From contig NW_004797720.1 of the NCBI RefSeq assembly GCF_000002075.1, positions 525,813 to 589,812 on the forward strand: DNA of 64,000 nucleotides, given 5' to 3'. The position numbers and the translations under genes are program-made. The stretch comes from Aplysia californica. Its lineage: Eukaryota. Below are positions 23,301-33,278 of the stretch, in pieces; the first letter of the stretch is position 1; every line of letters starts with the position of its first letter. The notes under the pieces are model-generated. The model saw only the letters and a program-made list of their open reading frames with translations. It had not been told where the DNA came from and did not search any database.

Positions 23301-23433
23301 CTTCTTTTTCTCAGATCCAGTGGCAAGAGATGATAGACAGAATGGTGAGTCCAGTATGCTGGAAGCTGTTCTAAACATTGGGGATGCAATGGCTGACCTC
23401 GTGCAAGCTACAACGCAGCAGACGCACATGTAG
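4608..23433 (+). CDS. Compact dystrophin-superfamily protein (dystrotelin/DAH-like): WW, EF-hands, ZZ, coiled coil, disordered tail; 17 coding exons, ~955 aa
   Basis: join(4608-4638,5845-5905,7196-7257,7722-7796,9056-9263,10163-10248,10994-11073,11514-11588,13187-13304,13597-13651,15100-15211,15672-15808,16525-16705,17723-17811,19689-19755,20801-22112,23315-23433) = 2868 nt, all introns GT-AG and phase-consistent. Motifs: GWE..VYYVN..TSWNHP (WW), [64 protein letters not shown] (ZZ). Confidence 0.9.
4693..5380. mobile_element. Partial Tc1/mariner(pogo)-type MITE
   Basis: Begins TA+CAGTCAGAC..., with CCGTCTT/GACAG subterminal motifs; no right TIR found. Confidence 0.4.
5845..5905 (+). CDS. Dystrophin-like exon 2 (WW N-half, EIVSHGWEAKQNVKGVVYYV)
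   Basis: ccag| ... |gtaag, 61 nt. Confidence 0.9.
6821..6984. repeat. 55-bp tandem repeat x3
   Basis: CATGTCTTTTTCTGTACTTG... starts at 6821, 6876 and 6931. Confidence 0.9.
7196..7257 (+). CDS. Dystrophin-like exon 3 (WW C-half, NSALQITSWNHPFLDKVLKEL)
   Basis: ttcag| ... |gtatg, 62 nt. Confidence 0.9.
7722..7796 (+). CDS. Dystrophin-like exon 4 ([25 protein letters not shown])
   Basis: tttag| ... |gtaag, 75 nt; carries the family signature AYRTAMKLR. Confidence 0.95.
8363..8669. repeat. 28-bp minisatellite x~11
   Basis: Unit ACAGGTATATTAAATGAGGAGTCTGTAG. Confidence 0.95.
8746..8918 (+). mobile_element. SINE family A, full-length copy
   Basis: Starts GTGGGTGGTTGGCGG; TSD AAAACAATAAAC at 8734-8745 and 8919-8930. 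Confidence 0.9.
9056..9263 (+). CDS. Dystrophin-like exon 5 (EF-hand region, ...DLVLNFLLNLYD)
   Basis: accag| ... |gtaag, 208 nt. Confidence 0.92.
9411..9883 (-). mobile_element. 5'-truncated LINE (RNase H 3' end, Ingi/I-group-like) with 15-bp TSD
   Basis: TDSQS..WILCPVHSGVKDNEEADRLAG; related to the 2561-3800 element; TSD ATTTTCAGTTATCTA at 9396-9410 and 9884-9898. Confidence 0.9.
10163..10248 (+). CDS. Dystrophin-like exon 6 (TNRSGKLVLRSMRNALTALCPSKLCDKYR)
   Basis: tgcag| ... |gtaag, 86 nt. Confidence 0.92.
10394..10690 (+). mobile_element. SINE family A copy with internal 55-bp triplication
   Basis: TSD TTTCTCTGTGT at 10383-10393 and 10691-10701; (TAAAC)n tail. Confidence 0.9.
10994..11073 (+). 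CDS. Dystrophin-like exon 7 (YFFAGLRDGSGRISREKFLYFIDDLMQ)
   Basis: ccag| ... |gtagt, 80 nt. Confidence 0.9.
11514..11588 (+). CDS. Dystrophin-like exon 8 (ITDTIKESTAFGRNLTAAVDSCFKL)
   Basis: aag| ... |gtgag, 75 nt; aligns by eye with dystrophin E.A.FGG....VRSCF. Confidence 0.88.
12123..12567. mobile_element. Non-autonomous DNA element, family B copy 1
   Basis: Colinear similarity to 57985-58232 plus 59205-59398; imperfect terminal inverted motif (AATCAGRCGCTYGTCAA). Confidence 0.7.
12632..13147 (+). mobile_element. tRNA-derived SINE with Deu/Nin-type core and family-A tail
   Basis: A-box TGGCCTAGAGG and B-box GGTTCGAATGC; core GCACGTTAAAGATCCC...TAAGAGTAGG...GGGCAAAATTC; TSD AGACAATATGCA at 12620-12631 and 13148-13159. 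Confidence 0.88.
13187..13304 (+). CDS. Dystrophin-like exon 9 (..[24 protein letters not shown])
   Basis: tgcag| ... |gtatg, 118 nt. Confidence 0.93.
13597..13651 (+). CDS. Dystrophin-like exon 10 (ZZ N-part, [18 protein letters not shown])
   Basis: ttcag| ... |gtata, 55 nt. Confidence 0.93.
13871..14334. repeat. 36-bp minisatellite x~13
   Basis: Unit GATTGTCTCCATCATCAGCTGGTTGTTGTAGTGTGT; explains the spurious ORFs on both strands. Confidence 0.95.
15100..15211 (+). CDS. Dystrophin-like exon 11 (ZZ C-part, [38 protein letters not shown])
   Basis: ccag| ... |gtaag, 112 nt. Confidence 0.95.
15672..15808 (+). CDS. Dystrophin-like exon 12 (TTAKEDAKAVLKIVRNKL...YLPV)
   Basis: tgcag| ... |gtaca, 137 nt. 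Confidence 0.9.
16525..16705 (+). CDS. Dystrophin-like exon 13 (linker)
   Basis: tcag| ... |gtgagt, 181 nt; phase-consistent open frame. Confidence 0.8.
17723..17811 (+). CDS. Dystrophin-like exon 14 (coiled coil, ..IEQLRQEN)
   Basis: aag| ... |gtaac, 89 nt; the acceptor is less certain. Confidence 0.75.
18167..18889. mobile_element. Degenerate TTAA-flanked non-autonomous DNA element
   Basis: TTAATCTTTTATCCTGG ... CCCGGATAGAGAGAGTTAA imperfect inverted ends; CpG-richer interior. Confidence 0.5.
19689..19755 (+). CDS. Dystrophin-like exon 15 (CLLQTKLRDLERGFSTDSSEEEQ)
   Basis: Long pyrimidine tract, ttcag| ... |gtatg, 67 nt. Confidence 0.85.
19836..20321. repeat. 21-bp minisatellite x~22
   Basis: Unit ATGAAACGTGTCAGCACACAT with variants. 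Confidence 0.95.
20349..20580. repeat. (CT)n microsatellite spanning assembly gap 20412-20541
   Basis: CT runs on both sides of the N block. Confidence 0.85.
20801..22112 (+). CDS. Dystrophin-like exon 16 (1312 nt, Ser/Asp-rich disordered region)
   Basis: tttcag| ... |gtgag; contains ORF-track 20972-22141 in frame. Confidence 0.88.
23315..23433 (+). CDS. Dystrophin-like terminal exon (..SMLEAVLNIGDAMADLVQATTQQTHM*)
   Basis: ctcag| acceptor, phase 1, TAG stop at 23431-23433. Confidence 0.85.
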
Positions 23434-24744
23434 TGGTAAACCTTGGCGGTGATGCTGTTCTCACTGGTGGGGAAGACACTGCAGACATGGGAACTTGGAA
23501 GAAATGGTTATAATATGGACTCTTCAGGGGTAAAACCTATGTAAATTTGAATGGACAAAATATGTGTTGAGACATGGTGCTACGAAGCAACGTACTTATT
23601 GGTTATGGCTTCAGTAAATGTCTCGTTTACAGCAACTTTAAATGTTTTTCGTATAAATATAATTATGTTGTACTTACTGACTTACAAGTATTTACGCCAA
23701 AGTCACAGTTCTGCCACATTCCCGTAAGATATTAATTATATTGTGGCCTTCCATATGTCCTGTTTCCCTCTTTTGTTAAGGACTGGTATCCAAGATGTTT
23801 AATAGTGAAAAGTTCAAGACTTAAGAATTTTTTAAAATAATGCTTTTACAAAAGTACAATCTTTTTTTTAAGAAACTATTTGCTTTTGTACAATGACTAA
23901 GCATGATCTGGCAATACTTTACATGAATGTCATGTCTTTGTTTACTATGAAGTCTTGTCACCAGACGAAGGTACTTATTGTGTCATAGTTGTTGCTGTCA
24001 ACATTCTTGGTTAAAGGTTGTTGAGAAACTTAATCAAAGAGACTGGTATATTTGTTATGCAATAGAGGAATGATATTGTTGCTACACAGAGATGTCGTAG
24101 TACTTAGTTCTCATCTCTTCAGCATCATCTAGAGAGATCATGCCAAATCTGGGACAACTGTAGTAAAATAAGTAAGTTTATTCAGTGTCTACGGCCACTG
24201 GCCCACATCACGTCATATAAAACAATCATTTGATAAATAAAGTTTCCTTAATGAAAGAGTACAGGTTGGGCACGTATCTCTTATCATGGGTCAAACATTG
24301 CATATTTCTGTCACTGGGCCGAGTCATGCTGGGAGGAATTAACAATTTCCTTTGATGGACAATAGAAAATAAAGTGAAATTCATCTACAGTTTCACGAGT
24401 TACACCTCTCACATAAGGGGGAATTTATTCATTTCCACCGACAGAGATTGTTATTTAATGGAAGGCTATGACGAGTTTTTAACGAGGCTATTACTTTTCT
24501 TCTCCAATACCGTGGGAGGTTGATGATATATACTCTGCTGTTTCTTGAAACAGAATTGTAAGAGAGAATGAATTATAGGCCCTACTTGCGACAGACTTCT
24601 TCCTCTATGTTCTGCACAAAATGATCAACAAGCTTACTTTTTACTTCACAACAGTAGTAAAAATGCTTAGTAAGGCAGGGGAAGATTTTTAAACAGAGCT
24701 TCTTCTTTTCTCTTCTCACAATAGTGCCGTGGTTTTTTCTTGGC

Positions 24745-24890
24745 AGCGGCCATTTCTGATGGGGCAGCAGGCATTTATGATGGGACAGCGGGCATTTATG
24801 ATGGGGCAGCGGGCATTTCTGATGAGGCAGCGGCCATTTATGATGAGGCAGCGGCCATTTATGATGGGGCAGCAGGCATTTCTGATGGAT
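24745..24890. repeat. 21-bp minisatellite x~7
   Basis: Unit GCAGCGGCCATTTATGATGGG with variants. Confidence 0.9.
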
Positions 24891-26092
24891 GTTGTGGTAC
24901 TTGGATGTAGAAAAGCAAACCTGGAGTCTTTGATCCTGTGGTTCAGTAGTTAGTGACAGTATGATTAGAGGAGGGTGCACTCATGCTGAGGGTGCACTCA
25001 TGCTGACATAGGCTTGCCAGAAGATTGCAGTTTGAATCTCTGTTTTAGACTATGATTTATGTTGAGGGCTGAGGATGTGGAGTTTTTTTTACCTATGGTA
25101 TAAACATTTCTATCAGAAACACCAACCACCCCCTGTCAGTTTGTTTACTTTTAAACATTTTGGTTTACTTTTATGTCTGTGGCATGTTATCTCACATAAA
25201 CTTTTGTTTGAATTTTGTGGCTATCAGTTTTAAAGAAATCACAGCTGTGTTCTCCAGTTTAATATTGTTTTTTTAATAATGCTGTTTTAGTTATTTGTCT
25301 TTTGAATACGGTATCTCCTGCTACTGTGTGTCTGATAAAGTGTTGGGTAAGATATCGGTTGATACTTGACAACAGTGTACTTGCTCTTCGTTCCACTTGG
25401 AAAGTTTTATATTAAATCATTGTCAGTTATCAACTGATTCAGTTAGGAAAATAGTTATCGTCATACTAATACTAGATCTATATGACAGAATATTTTCAGT
25501 CTTTATTCACTATATGACAGAATATTTTCAGTCTTTGTTCACTGCTGTGCCATTTGAAAACAGGTGCCTGATGTACTTGTGTTTCCTTATACACTGAGAC
25601 ATTGTGTAGATGTGTTTGTAATTTTTGATATGGTATCGTAGTAGAAAAGTCTGAATCTGAACACTTTTTGTGTCATATTTTTTAAATATTATGATATAAA
25701 TGGTATCCTAGTAGTTTATATTATCCATGTACTTCAGTGATTTCAGTTTTCAAATGCAATTGTTTGCGGTGGATGATAAGCAGCCTGCATGTTTTTAAAA
25801 GCAATAATGTTTCGTTTCAGTAGAGCTTGTGTACACACATCTCAGTCCTAGGGACGTCGACGAAGTTTGTGTACTTGGGTGTGGTCTCAGAACAAGTTTT
25901 AGTGATGAAATAGCCATGACATTGAAGGTAAAGAGGAAAAGTCATGTTTTGTTCTATTTTGCCATAGTGGATTGCTGTTGTCATCGAAAGGATGTCTCAC
26001 TCTTAGTATTGAAGAATTTGGTGCTCTGCGGAGACTGATAAGAAATAATATTGAAAGAGCTGTGCAAAATTTCTCCCCCTCCCCCCCCGCAA

Positions 26093-26416
26093 CCTTTTGA
26101 GCCCTGAGCCCTGACCTTCAGAGGCTACTGTGCCCTTCTGCCTGAGCTCCTGAGTGATTCATGTCTTCATTCATATCATCGTCAGAATCACATTCCATAT
26201 CCTACTCAGGGTAGTCCTCGTCATTACCAGCATCTGATTCATAAAAGATCTTCAAACTCACCAATTATGTCCTGTGTAGTAGACACTGTTTTCTGTGCCT
26301 GTTTTGTCCAAAGCAGGCTGGTTTGGGGATACAGTCTCGCTCGCCGCTGTACCGGTGGCAAGACATACAGGCAATTTTACGTGCCACCGGTGTACCGATG
26401 GCTAGGGCTCAAGAAG
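26093..26416. mobile_element. TTAA-type MITE (degenerate)
   Basis: CCTTTTGAGCCCT ... AGGGCTCAAGAAG|TTAA inverted ends; the left TTAA is mutated. Confidence 0.6.
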
Positions 26417-27846
26417 TTAAAATCTGTTAGCGAAATTTAGTGTCTGTTCAGTGTATAATTTGGGGTTTGGGCTGGAAAATCTGTTGTGTATGGTCCAAAA
26501 GTGTTCATGCTATCCATGGTGTCTATAATCCTCTTGGTGGTTTTTATTGATTGAGATGGTAATTTCCAGAAGAGTTTCGTTTGGGGATTTGTAGTTTGTT
26601 CAGGTTGACTGTGGATGTGTGTTAGTGGGGTCCACTGTATTGCTTACTATTATATTTTAGTTTCAACTTTATATTCCTTTTGTAAGACTCATAGTATACG
26701 GTACCCCTTTCTGTCTTTTGTCTTGTGTAAAAACTTTTGCTAAAGGCTTTACTTCCATCCCAAATAGGGTGCTATATTATGTTGGAAGCTGTAAAGTTGT
26801 ACATTCGTTCCTGATGAGGGAAAGTGACTGTTGACAACACAAACTGATTTTGTTAAGATTACATATCAATTTAATTTGACTGTTTTATGCGTTGGTGCCT
26901 TGTCATATTTCAGTCTTTTAAGCAATAAGTAATGCAAAAGAATCCCTTTATTCTTGGCCATATATATATATATATATATACTGGTTACATTCCCGTACGT
27001 TGTACACAATTAATGAAATGTGAGAAGTCGTAAAATATTACTGATGGTGAAAACTTCTTTGTTTGCACTTGTGGTTTGAAAAATGAATCTGGTTGGTTGA
27101 TGAGACAAGGAATTGGGAATGGTGGTGATAGGGCGCTGATTTTAACCCTGTAAATTTGTCTCTGCAAATTTTTTAATTATTACTAATTGCAAAGAAGAAT
27201 GGTTGCATGCTAAATGGTTGAAATTTGAATCTTGGATTAGTCGAGTGGCTGTATTTCACACTAAATTACTCAATGTACTGTTGAGATGCTCCAAATGATC
27301 TCTGTACTGCTATTGCAGACAACACGCCAAAAAATCCATGTCTTCGTTGTTTTGTTAATTCCGCTTCCAAAATACAGTGAACTTTTCCTGTAGCCTTACA
27401 TTGTGCTTCTCAAGTCATAATGTGTGACATCTATGAAGACATATCTGGACTTTCCATTCTATATGCTGTAAAATGTTCTCCTCTTTATTGATTATGTTGA
27501 ACAATTTTTAGAATATTTTAAAAATCTTGTTTACTTTTTAAAAATCTATTTTCATAAAAGTCTTTTCTGTTATATGAAGCAGGAGTATGTTTAAACCATT
27601 TTGTGTTCAATGGAAGGTTTTTAAAAAAATTGTAATGTGCAATTCATTGATTTTGTTTAGACTTTTATAAACAACTTTTGTGTTTTTTGGGGAGAGGTTG
27701 ATGTTTGTTCCACCTTGTGTTCAGAAACGACATCCGAACATTATATAATATATATAAAATATATTTGCATAATGTATTGTGGCTATAGAATAAGGCTTTC
27801 TTACTTTTATAATCATGTAAAGCTCACATGTACCATGTCTGTTTAA

Positions 27847-28090
27847 CCCTATCCGTACGCCCTTGGGTCATTTTGTACCCCCGGAGTTGTATTCTTCACA
27901 TTTTAGAATACTTCTAGTGCGAAGATCTCTTTGAAACTTTCATCAGTATTTCTCAAAAAATCATTTTGACAGACTTCTATGCAAAGCATACGGATCGGAT
28001 TAATGAGTAAATTTCCTCTTTGTAACGTGGTGGCACAGAGTTCCCCCACGTCGTATGGATACGATAGTAAAACACGACGTACAGATAGGG
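27847..28090. mobile_element. piggyBac-like MITE (244 bp)
   Basis: TTAA|CCCTATCCGTACG ... CGTACAGATAGGG|TTAA. Confidence 0.85.
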
Positions 28091-28595
28091 TTAAAGAGTA
28101 TTGAACTTTTGATATGTCCTGGTACTTAATAGAGCCAAAGCACTTTACAAAGCACTTTAATGGTTTGATACAAAGTGTCTTCCGTCACGGACAGAGGGAG
28201 AAAATGTTCTGGTATCTCCAGAGGCTCTTCCGTGCAGCTGCCTTCTTTACAATTGCAGAGTTCTGGCTCACAAATTTGTGTGATGAGCATTACAGATATT
28301 GAAGCGCTATGATAAGACATATCTTGATTTGCATTCATTTTATTTTTTTTAGCGCTTTTTATGTTTAACTGAACTCATTTGTGTATCCATACCCTTTTTT
28401 CACTTTATTGTGAGGTGGGTTTTTTTTTTAAGTTTATACGTTTTTAGGTTGCCAAATCTTTTGAAAACCTGATGGTGCTTGGCATGGATGAGGGACAAAT
28501 AGTTTGCTTTAAAAATAACCATTTTCCATTTGGTTGCCACCTGATTTTAATGTGTTTATTTTTAGATGTTTTACCGAAGAAAAATGTTCTTCCTT

Positions 28596-28601
28596 AATAA
28601 A
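28596..28601 (+). promoter_or_regulatory. Candidate distal poly(A) signal of the dystrophin-like gene
   Basis: AATAAA followed about 60 nt later by a GT-rich tract; proximal AATAAA also at 24236 and 24368. Confidence 0.35.
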
Positions 28602-29398
28602 TAGAGGCACATTTACAAACCCAAGATGTTGAGTTGCAATTTATTTTTGTAATGTAATATGGTTGTTTCCGTTTGTAAGTTGTTTTTGTGTTGGAGCTTA
28701 AATGGCCAACCACTGCTTGGAATGTGTGATTGACAGTTTTCCACCAAGGGAGACTTTCGGCTCTTCTGGATTTTAGTAGATTCTTGTTCTCACTGTAAGA
28801 GACCCAACATTTGTGTTCATATTGACCATTTCATGGGGAATATTAAAATTAATGGAATTAGAATCTGTTCGACTTACAAGTGTTTATCACGTGTGTACTC
28901 AGCTTGGCAATTTTGAAGATGCAGCATACAGCCTGTGTACACTTGGCTCTATGTGGAATACAATGTACCACCAGGGAGCTTAGCTTGACCTTCCTAAATA
29001 TTAACATACTGTTAAGTACTTAAATACACTCATTAATTAAAAGACTCTGAGCAATGCCAATAATGCGAGTACAAATTTCTGAACTTCGCATATTTTGTTT
29101 TTGGTTCTCTTCTCTGACACACCCCCTCCCCCCCGAGTCAGATGGACATGAATTCCCTGACTGACCATCATTTGGCCTGAGCTGTGTTAATAAAAATTGT
29201 GCGGAAAAAAGATAATTTGACGGTATGATGTAGCGCAAGAGGCTTAGTAGTGATTAGATGTTACTGATCAGTTTTCCTTTTAAAGAAAACAAAGACAGAG
29301 GCAGGTGCCTAAAATGGAAGTAACATTGTGTGCTGGGCCTATATCTCCTGATGGACAGCCTTTATGAAGTGGCTAAAGCAGAGTTGTTTGAACCTTTC

Positions 29399-30326
29399 GT
29401 GGGTGGTTGGCAGGTGCTCTGGTGTGGTTTGCTTCTTTCCTATGAAACATCTATCTTCCTTCTCTCTCCTCTTCCTTTTTTTTGTATTTGTTACTCTCTT
29501 ATACATGGGTCTCAATAGTCCGCTATTTAGCGGATTTCCGCTACTGCCATTTTCTCCGCTTAACTCCGCTACCGCGACAGCGGGTCAATCAGAAAGAGAG
29601 TTGATGGGAGCAGAGTGACTGCCAGGCCTCGGGAATTTGAAAAAAAATCGCCAAGACGCGGGAAAATACATAAAAGATCTCGAATATTATTTGAAAACCA
29701 AATCCGATAACGTCTTTAAGTTCACGATTGTGATATTAATTCGGCTTTTCCCGATGTGAGAGTACGTTTCACGCTAACAGGCGGCTATGGCGGGAAGTTC
29801 ATTTTAAGTTATAACTCTACTTTCAGTTTGAGCATTAATTTTGTCTTTCATGTTTATTATATGAATCATTACACCCAGACTGGTTCATGACAGTCGATAT
29901 TCTGGGTCTGGGCCTTTTCCCAGGCTCAAAACAAGATTCATTTTTATGTAGTTTATATATGCAGGCGAATATGATGAAGATAAAATATAAGTCGCACAAG
30001 ACCACAATGCGCCTCCACTTTCTGTACGTAATCAAGATTGTAAATATTTGGTAAATGACTCTTACTTGAAATTATCTCCCAAACCCTCAAACTGGTATGA
30101 AATAACCTTGCTGTGATAAATTGATGGTTTTTATTTCAACATTCTAGGGTCCAACAGTATAATAATAGTGGATGTCTCGCGAAAATGGGCTTCTGTCGCG
30201 ATAACGCGGAAAGTTCCTCCTTTTTAAAAATTATGAGTTGAGACCCATGCTTATAACATCGTTAATCTTCGGCACTTACATGACCTAATTGTGTTGCAAG
30301 TGCCGTAAAACACTTTCTAAAACAAT
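29399..30326 (+). mobile_element. SINE family A copy interrupted by a DNA transposon
   Basis: 5' part 29399-29503, 3' part 30250-30326; degenerate TSD TGTYTGAACCTTT. Confidence 0.85.
29504..30249. mobile_element. Non-autonomous hAT-like DNA transposon with 6-bp TSD
   Basis: Perfect 12-bp TIR CATGGGTCTCAA/TTGAGACCCATG; TSD CTTATA at 29498-29503 and 30250-30255. Confidence 0.88.
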
Positions 30327-31087
30327 GTCTGAACCTTTATGAGATGGGGTGTAAAAACTGTAGACTGTTGCTCAAGTCATAGACCTTGTTGCTGAAAAAT
30401 TGGACATTCATTTTTGGGTTTCAAATTAAGAAGCACCATGTGTGCTAACTACTTATACTATAGAATCACAAGATCTTTTCTTCTACCAAACCCCCCCTCC
30501 CCCCCCTTCCCCCCGTAAAAATGTTATAAAACTGTGGTAAACACATTTTTTTCTTCTTCAGTAAAACTTATTTGGTAGAAAAGTGTACAAGCTTTGCATC
30601 TTCTTACACGGCTACTGTACATTTATACACTCACACTGGGGTACTTCCAATGTTCTTGTGACAAAAGACTTACAGTACTGGTACCAATAAAGGCAACCAA
30701 TATTCCAACTGGTGCAAGTAAATCCTAATTGGCAGAGCCATGAGACTTCAGAGAACTCATCTTTTCAAAGGGTCTTTAAGCATTACTGTTCTAGTCTTGT
30801 GTATGAACCTGACTACCACCAGCTCTTCTGAAATGATCATACCTCAACCTGCACCTGATTTATTTACCCAATTATTGCATTTGTGGAAATTTACTAGTGT
30901 ATCAAGGAAAAACAATTACTTTGAACTGTAACTGTGAGGTGAACTTTTTTTGTTTTTAAATGAAAAGTGGATTAAGAGGTCCATGCCTAGAACGATTTTT
31001 GTTCAAGTCTTGAAGTTATTCAACCCCCACCATGAGAATTTCATTTTCTCATCTGTGGGAACAATACTCAAAATAGACTTTTAAAAA

Positions 31088-31258
31088 GTTTTAGTTTTAG
31101 TAGAGGTTTTACAGCGCTCGCAACTGCATAAGGTCATATGAGCATCAGAAGATTAGAGGTGTTACAAGAGAGTAACAAACATAAAAAAGAAGAAGGGGAG
31201 ATAACGACGATAGATGTTTGATACGAAAGAAGAAGCAGAGCACCCGCCAACCACCCAC
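31088..31258 (-). mobile_element. SINE family A copy
   Basis: Reverse complement of the consensus, ending CCAACCACCCAC. Confidence 0.9.
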
Positions 31259-33137
31259 ATTTATTTCTTTTTTTTTAAAAGAACACTACAAACTCCAAAT
31301 GACAGTAAATATATATGTTTATTATTAATTATATGAAAAGTTAGTAACTTAACACAGTGTATACAAACACCAACTGTTCCATTCACATAAAGAAATCGTT
31401 CATACTTACTTAAGTATAGTTGCAGAAGAGGATTTACAAAATGCAAGCCTAGCTGTGAATGCAAGCCTAGCCGTTACATCACGAGTACGTAAACCCTGCT
31501 GGACAGTAAAAGAGATGACCTCAAATGACTACAATATCGGGGAACAAAAAAAAAAGAAGAAGAAAGATACAAAAGAGTAAGGGAAAGACAGAGGGGTGGG
31601 CCTGAGGATGTTTGAAGAGACAAGCTCAAAGGAGAAGGAATTATGGAGGTCAGACAAAGTGGAAGATGAGAGGAACAAGACTATAATGTTCACTTTTTCT
31701 TGTAAGTCACGTGTGTGGGAGAAAATACTGCCAATGAATAAAGAGACAGCTGATACTGTACACCCTCAATGAATGCTTCCAGAAGCTTGCATGATATGTT
31801 ACATTTTGGGTTTTAATTCATAAAAAAAGAAAAAGGAACAGCCAGGACAAAAAAATCTGGAAACAAAGGGTTTTGCTATCATGTATATGACAATATGAAC
31901 CAAAAAAATGTCTTTGACAAGCATACAAGAGTTGTGTGAATGCACACAGTCAAACTAACCTACGAGACCTGCTAAACAGAGCCATAAGAACCCAGTTAGT
32001 AATAATAATATCATTGTCTAGAGAGCCTAGGTGAATGTTCTTTTCCATTTGTTACTGAAGAACATTTGTATACTATGAAGGGGAGGTAGTATTAGAAAAA
32101 TTATCTGAAAGAAAATACACAGAGTAGGCAAGTACATTGGGCTGATTACTGAAAAAATGAAACTATTTCAAGGGCGGGAACAATTTTTAATTGCATGTAA
32201 CTATGGCTTATATTTGACACAAAGGATTCAATATGTAAAAAAGAGAGCACGTAACGTAATATCACATTCCAAATGTTCTCACCACAGACGTGAAATACAA
32301 CTTTCACAAGCAAACAAAACACGTAATAGAATACAATAAGCAATAATATTCATCACAAGCCGTCCTTACAATTTTGACTAGACTGTTTTTTTGTTTATGA
32401 TGATGGTTGCCACCAGTACTATTAATGACTGACTGTATTTTCAAAAAGTCTAAAATGACATTGATCACTGACCATTTATATTGCAACTAAATATTTCACA
32501 TATAAATATAAATATCTACACACAAAAAACAACCAAAAACTGACAAATTTGGCAGGATCACAACTGAAGCAAACACAACATGAAAAGAAGATTTCAGGAC
32601 TCACTACTGGCAAAAAAATCCAAAGATGAACAAACATACTGCTTTTGTAACAACATCATGAACATAGCTCGCTACAAGGCTATTGTAAGAAAAAGCACTG
32701 TTTACACTAAAACTATTGTAGTTGACTGTTGTTAAACTGTCCAGTCCTAACTAAGCCAGGGAATAATCACTGACATCCACTGCTTCATCAGAGGCTCCTA
32801 TTGGATGACATACTTACAACCAAGGCAACCTTCACAGAAGACAATGTATGCCAGTCTTGGTCAAATCTTAAATGTTGAGGGGAAAAAAAACTGGCATGGT
32901 ACAGGAATTTTGGTCACGGAGGTTGAACGAAGAACAAAGTAAGACATAGAACATGACTTCCATCAATGCTAGGCTCCAAATAAACATGTTCAATGAACAG
33001 GTCAAGTATTGACAATTTGCCAGAATGGCTGAAAAAAAGGAGCTGTCTTTTACAGTAACCAATGATCAAAAGGCACAAGTGTACAAGGTTGGGACATTTT
33101 TTGCAAAATGGAAAACTGTACATAAAAAGAAAACGTT

Positions 33138-33278
33138 CACTCCACCAACATCCCCGACAACCCACACATTCTTCCACAAGACAACTTGCACTCCACCAAC
33201 ATCCCCCACAACCCACACATTCTTCCACAAGACAACTTGCACTCCACCAACATCCCCGACAACCCACACATTCTTCAA
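33138..33278. repeat. 51-bp tandem repeat x~2.8
   Basis: Unit CACTCCACCAACATCCCC...ACAAGACAACTTG. Confidence 0.9.

Noticed and set aside
26808-26830. Hammerhead core CTGATGAG...GAAA
   Set aside because: No helix II between the core elements and no flanking stems.
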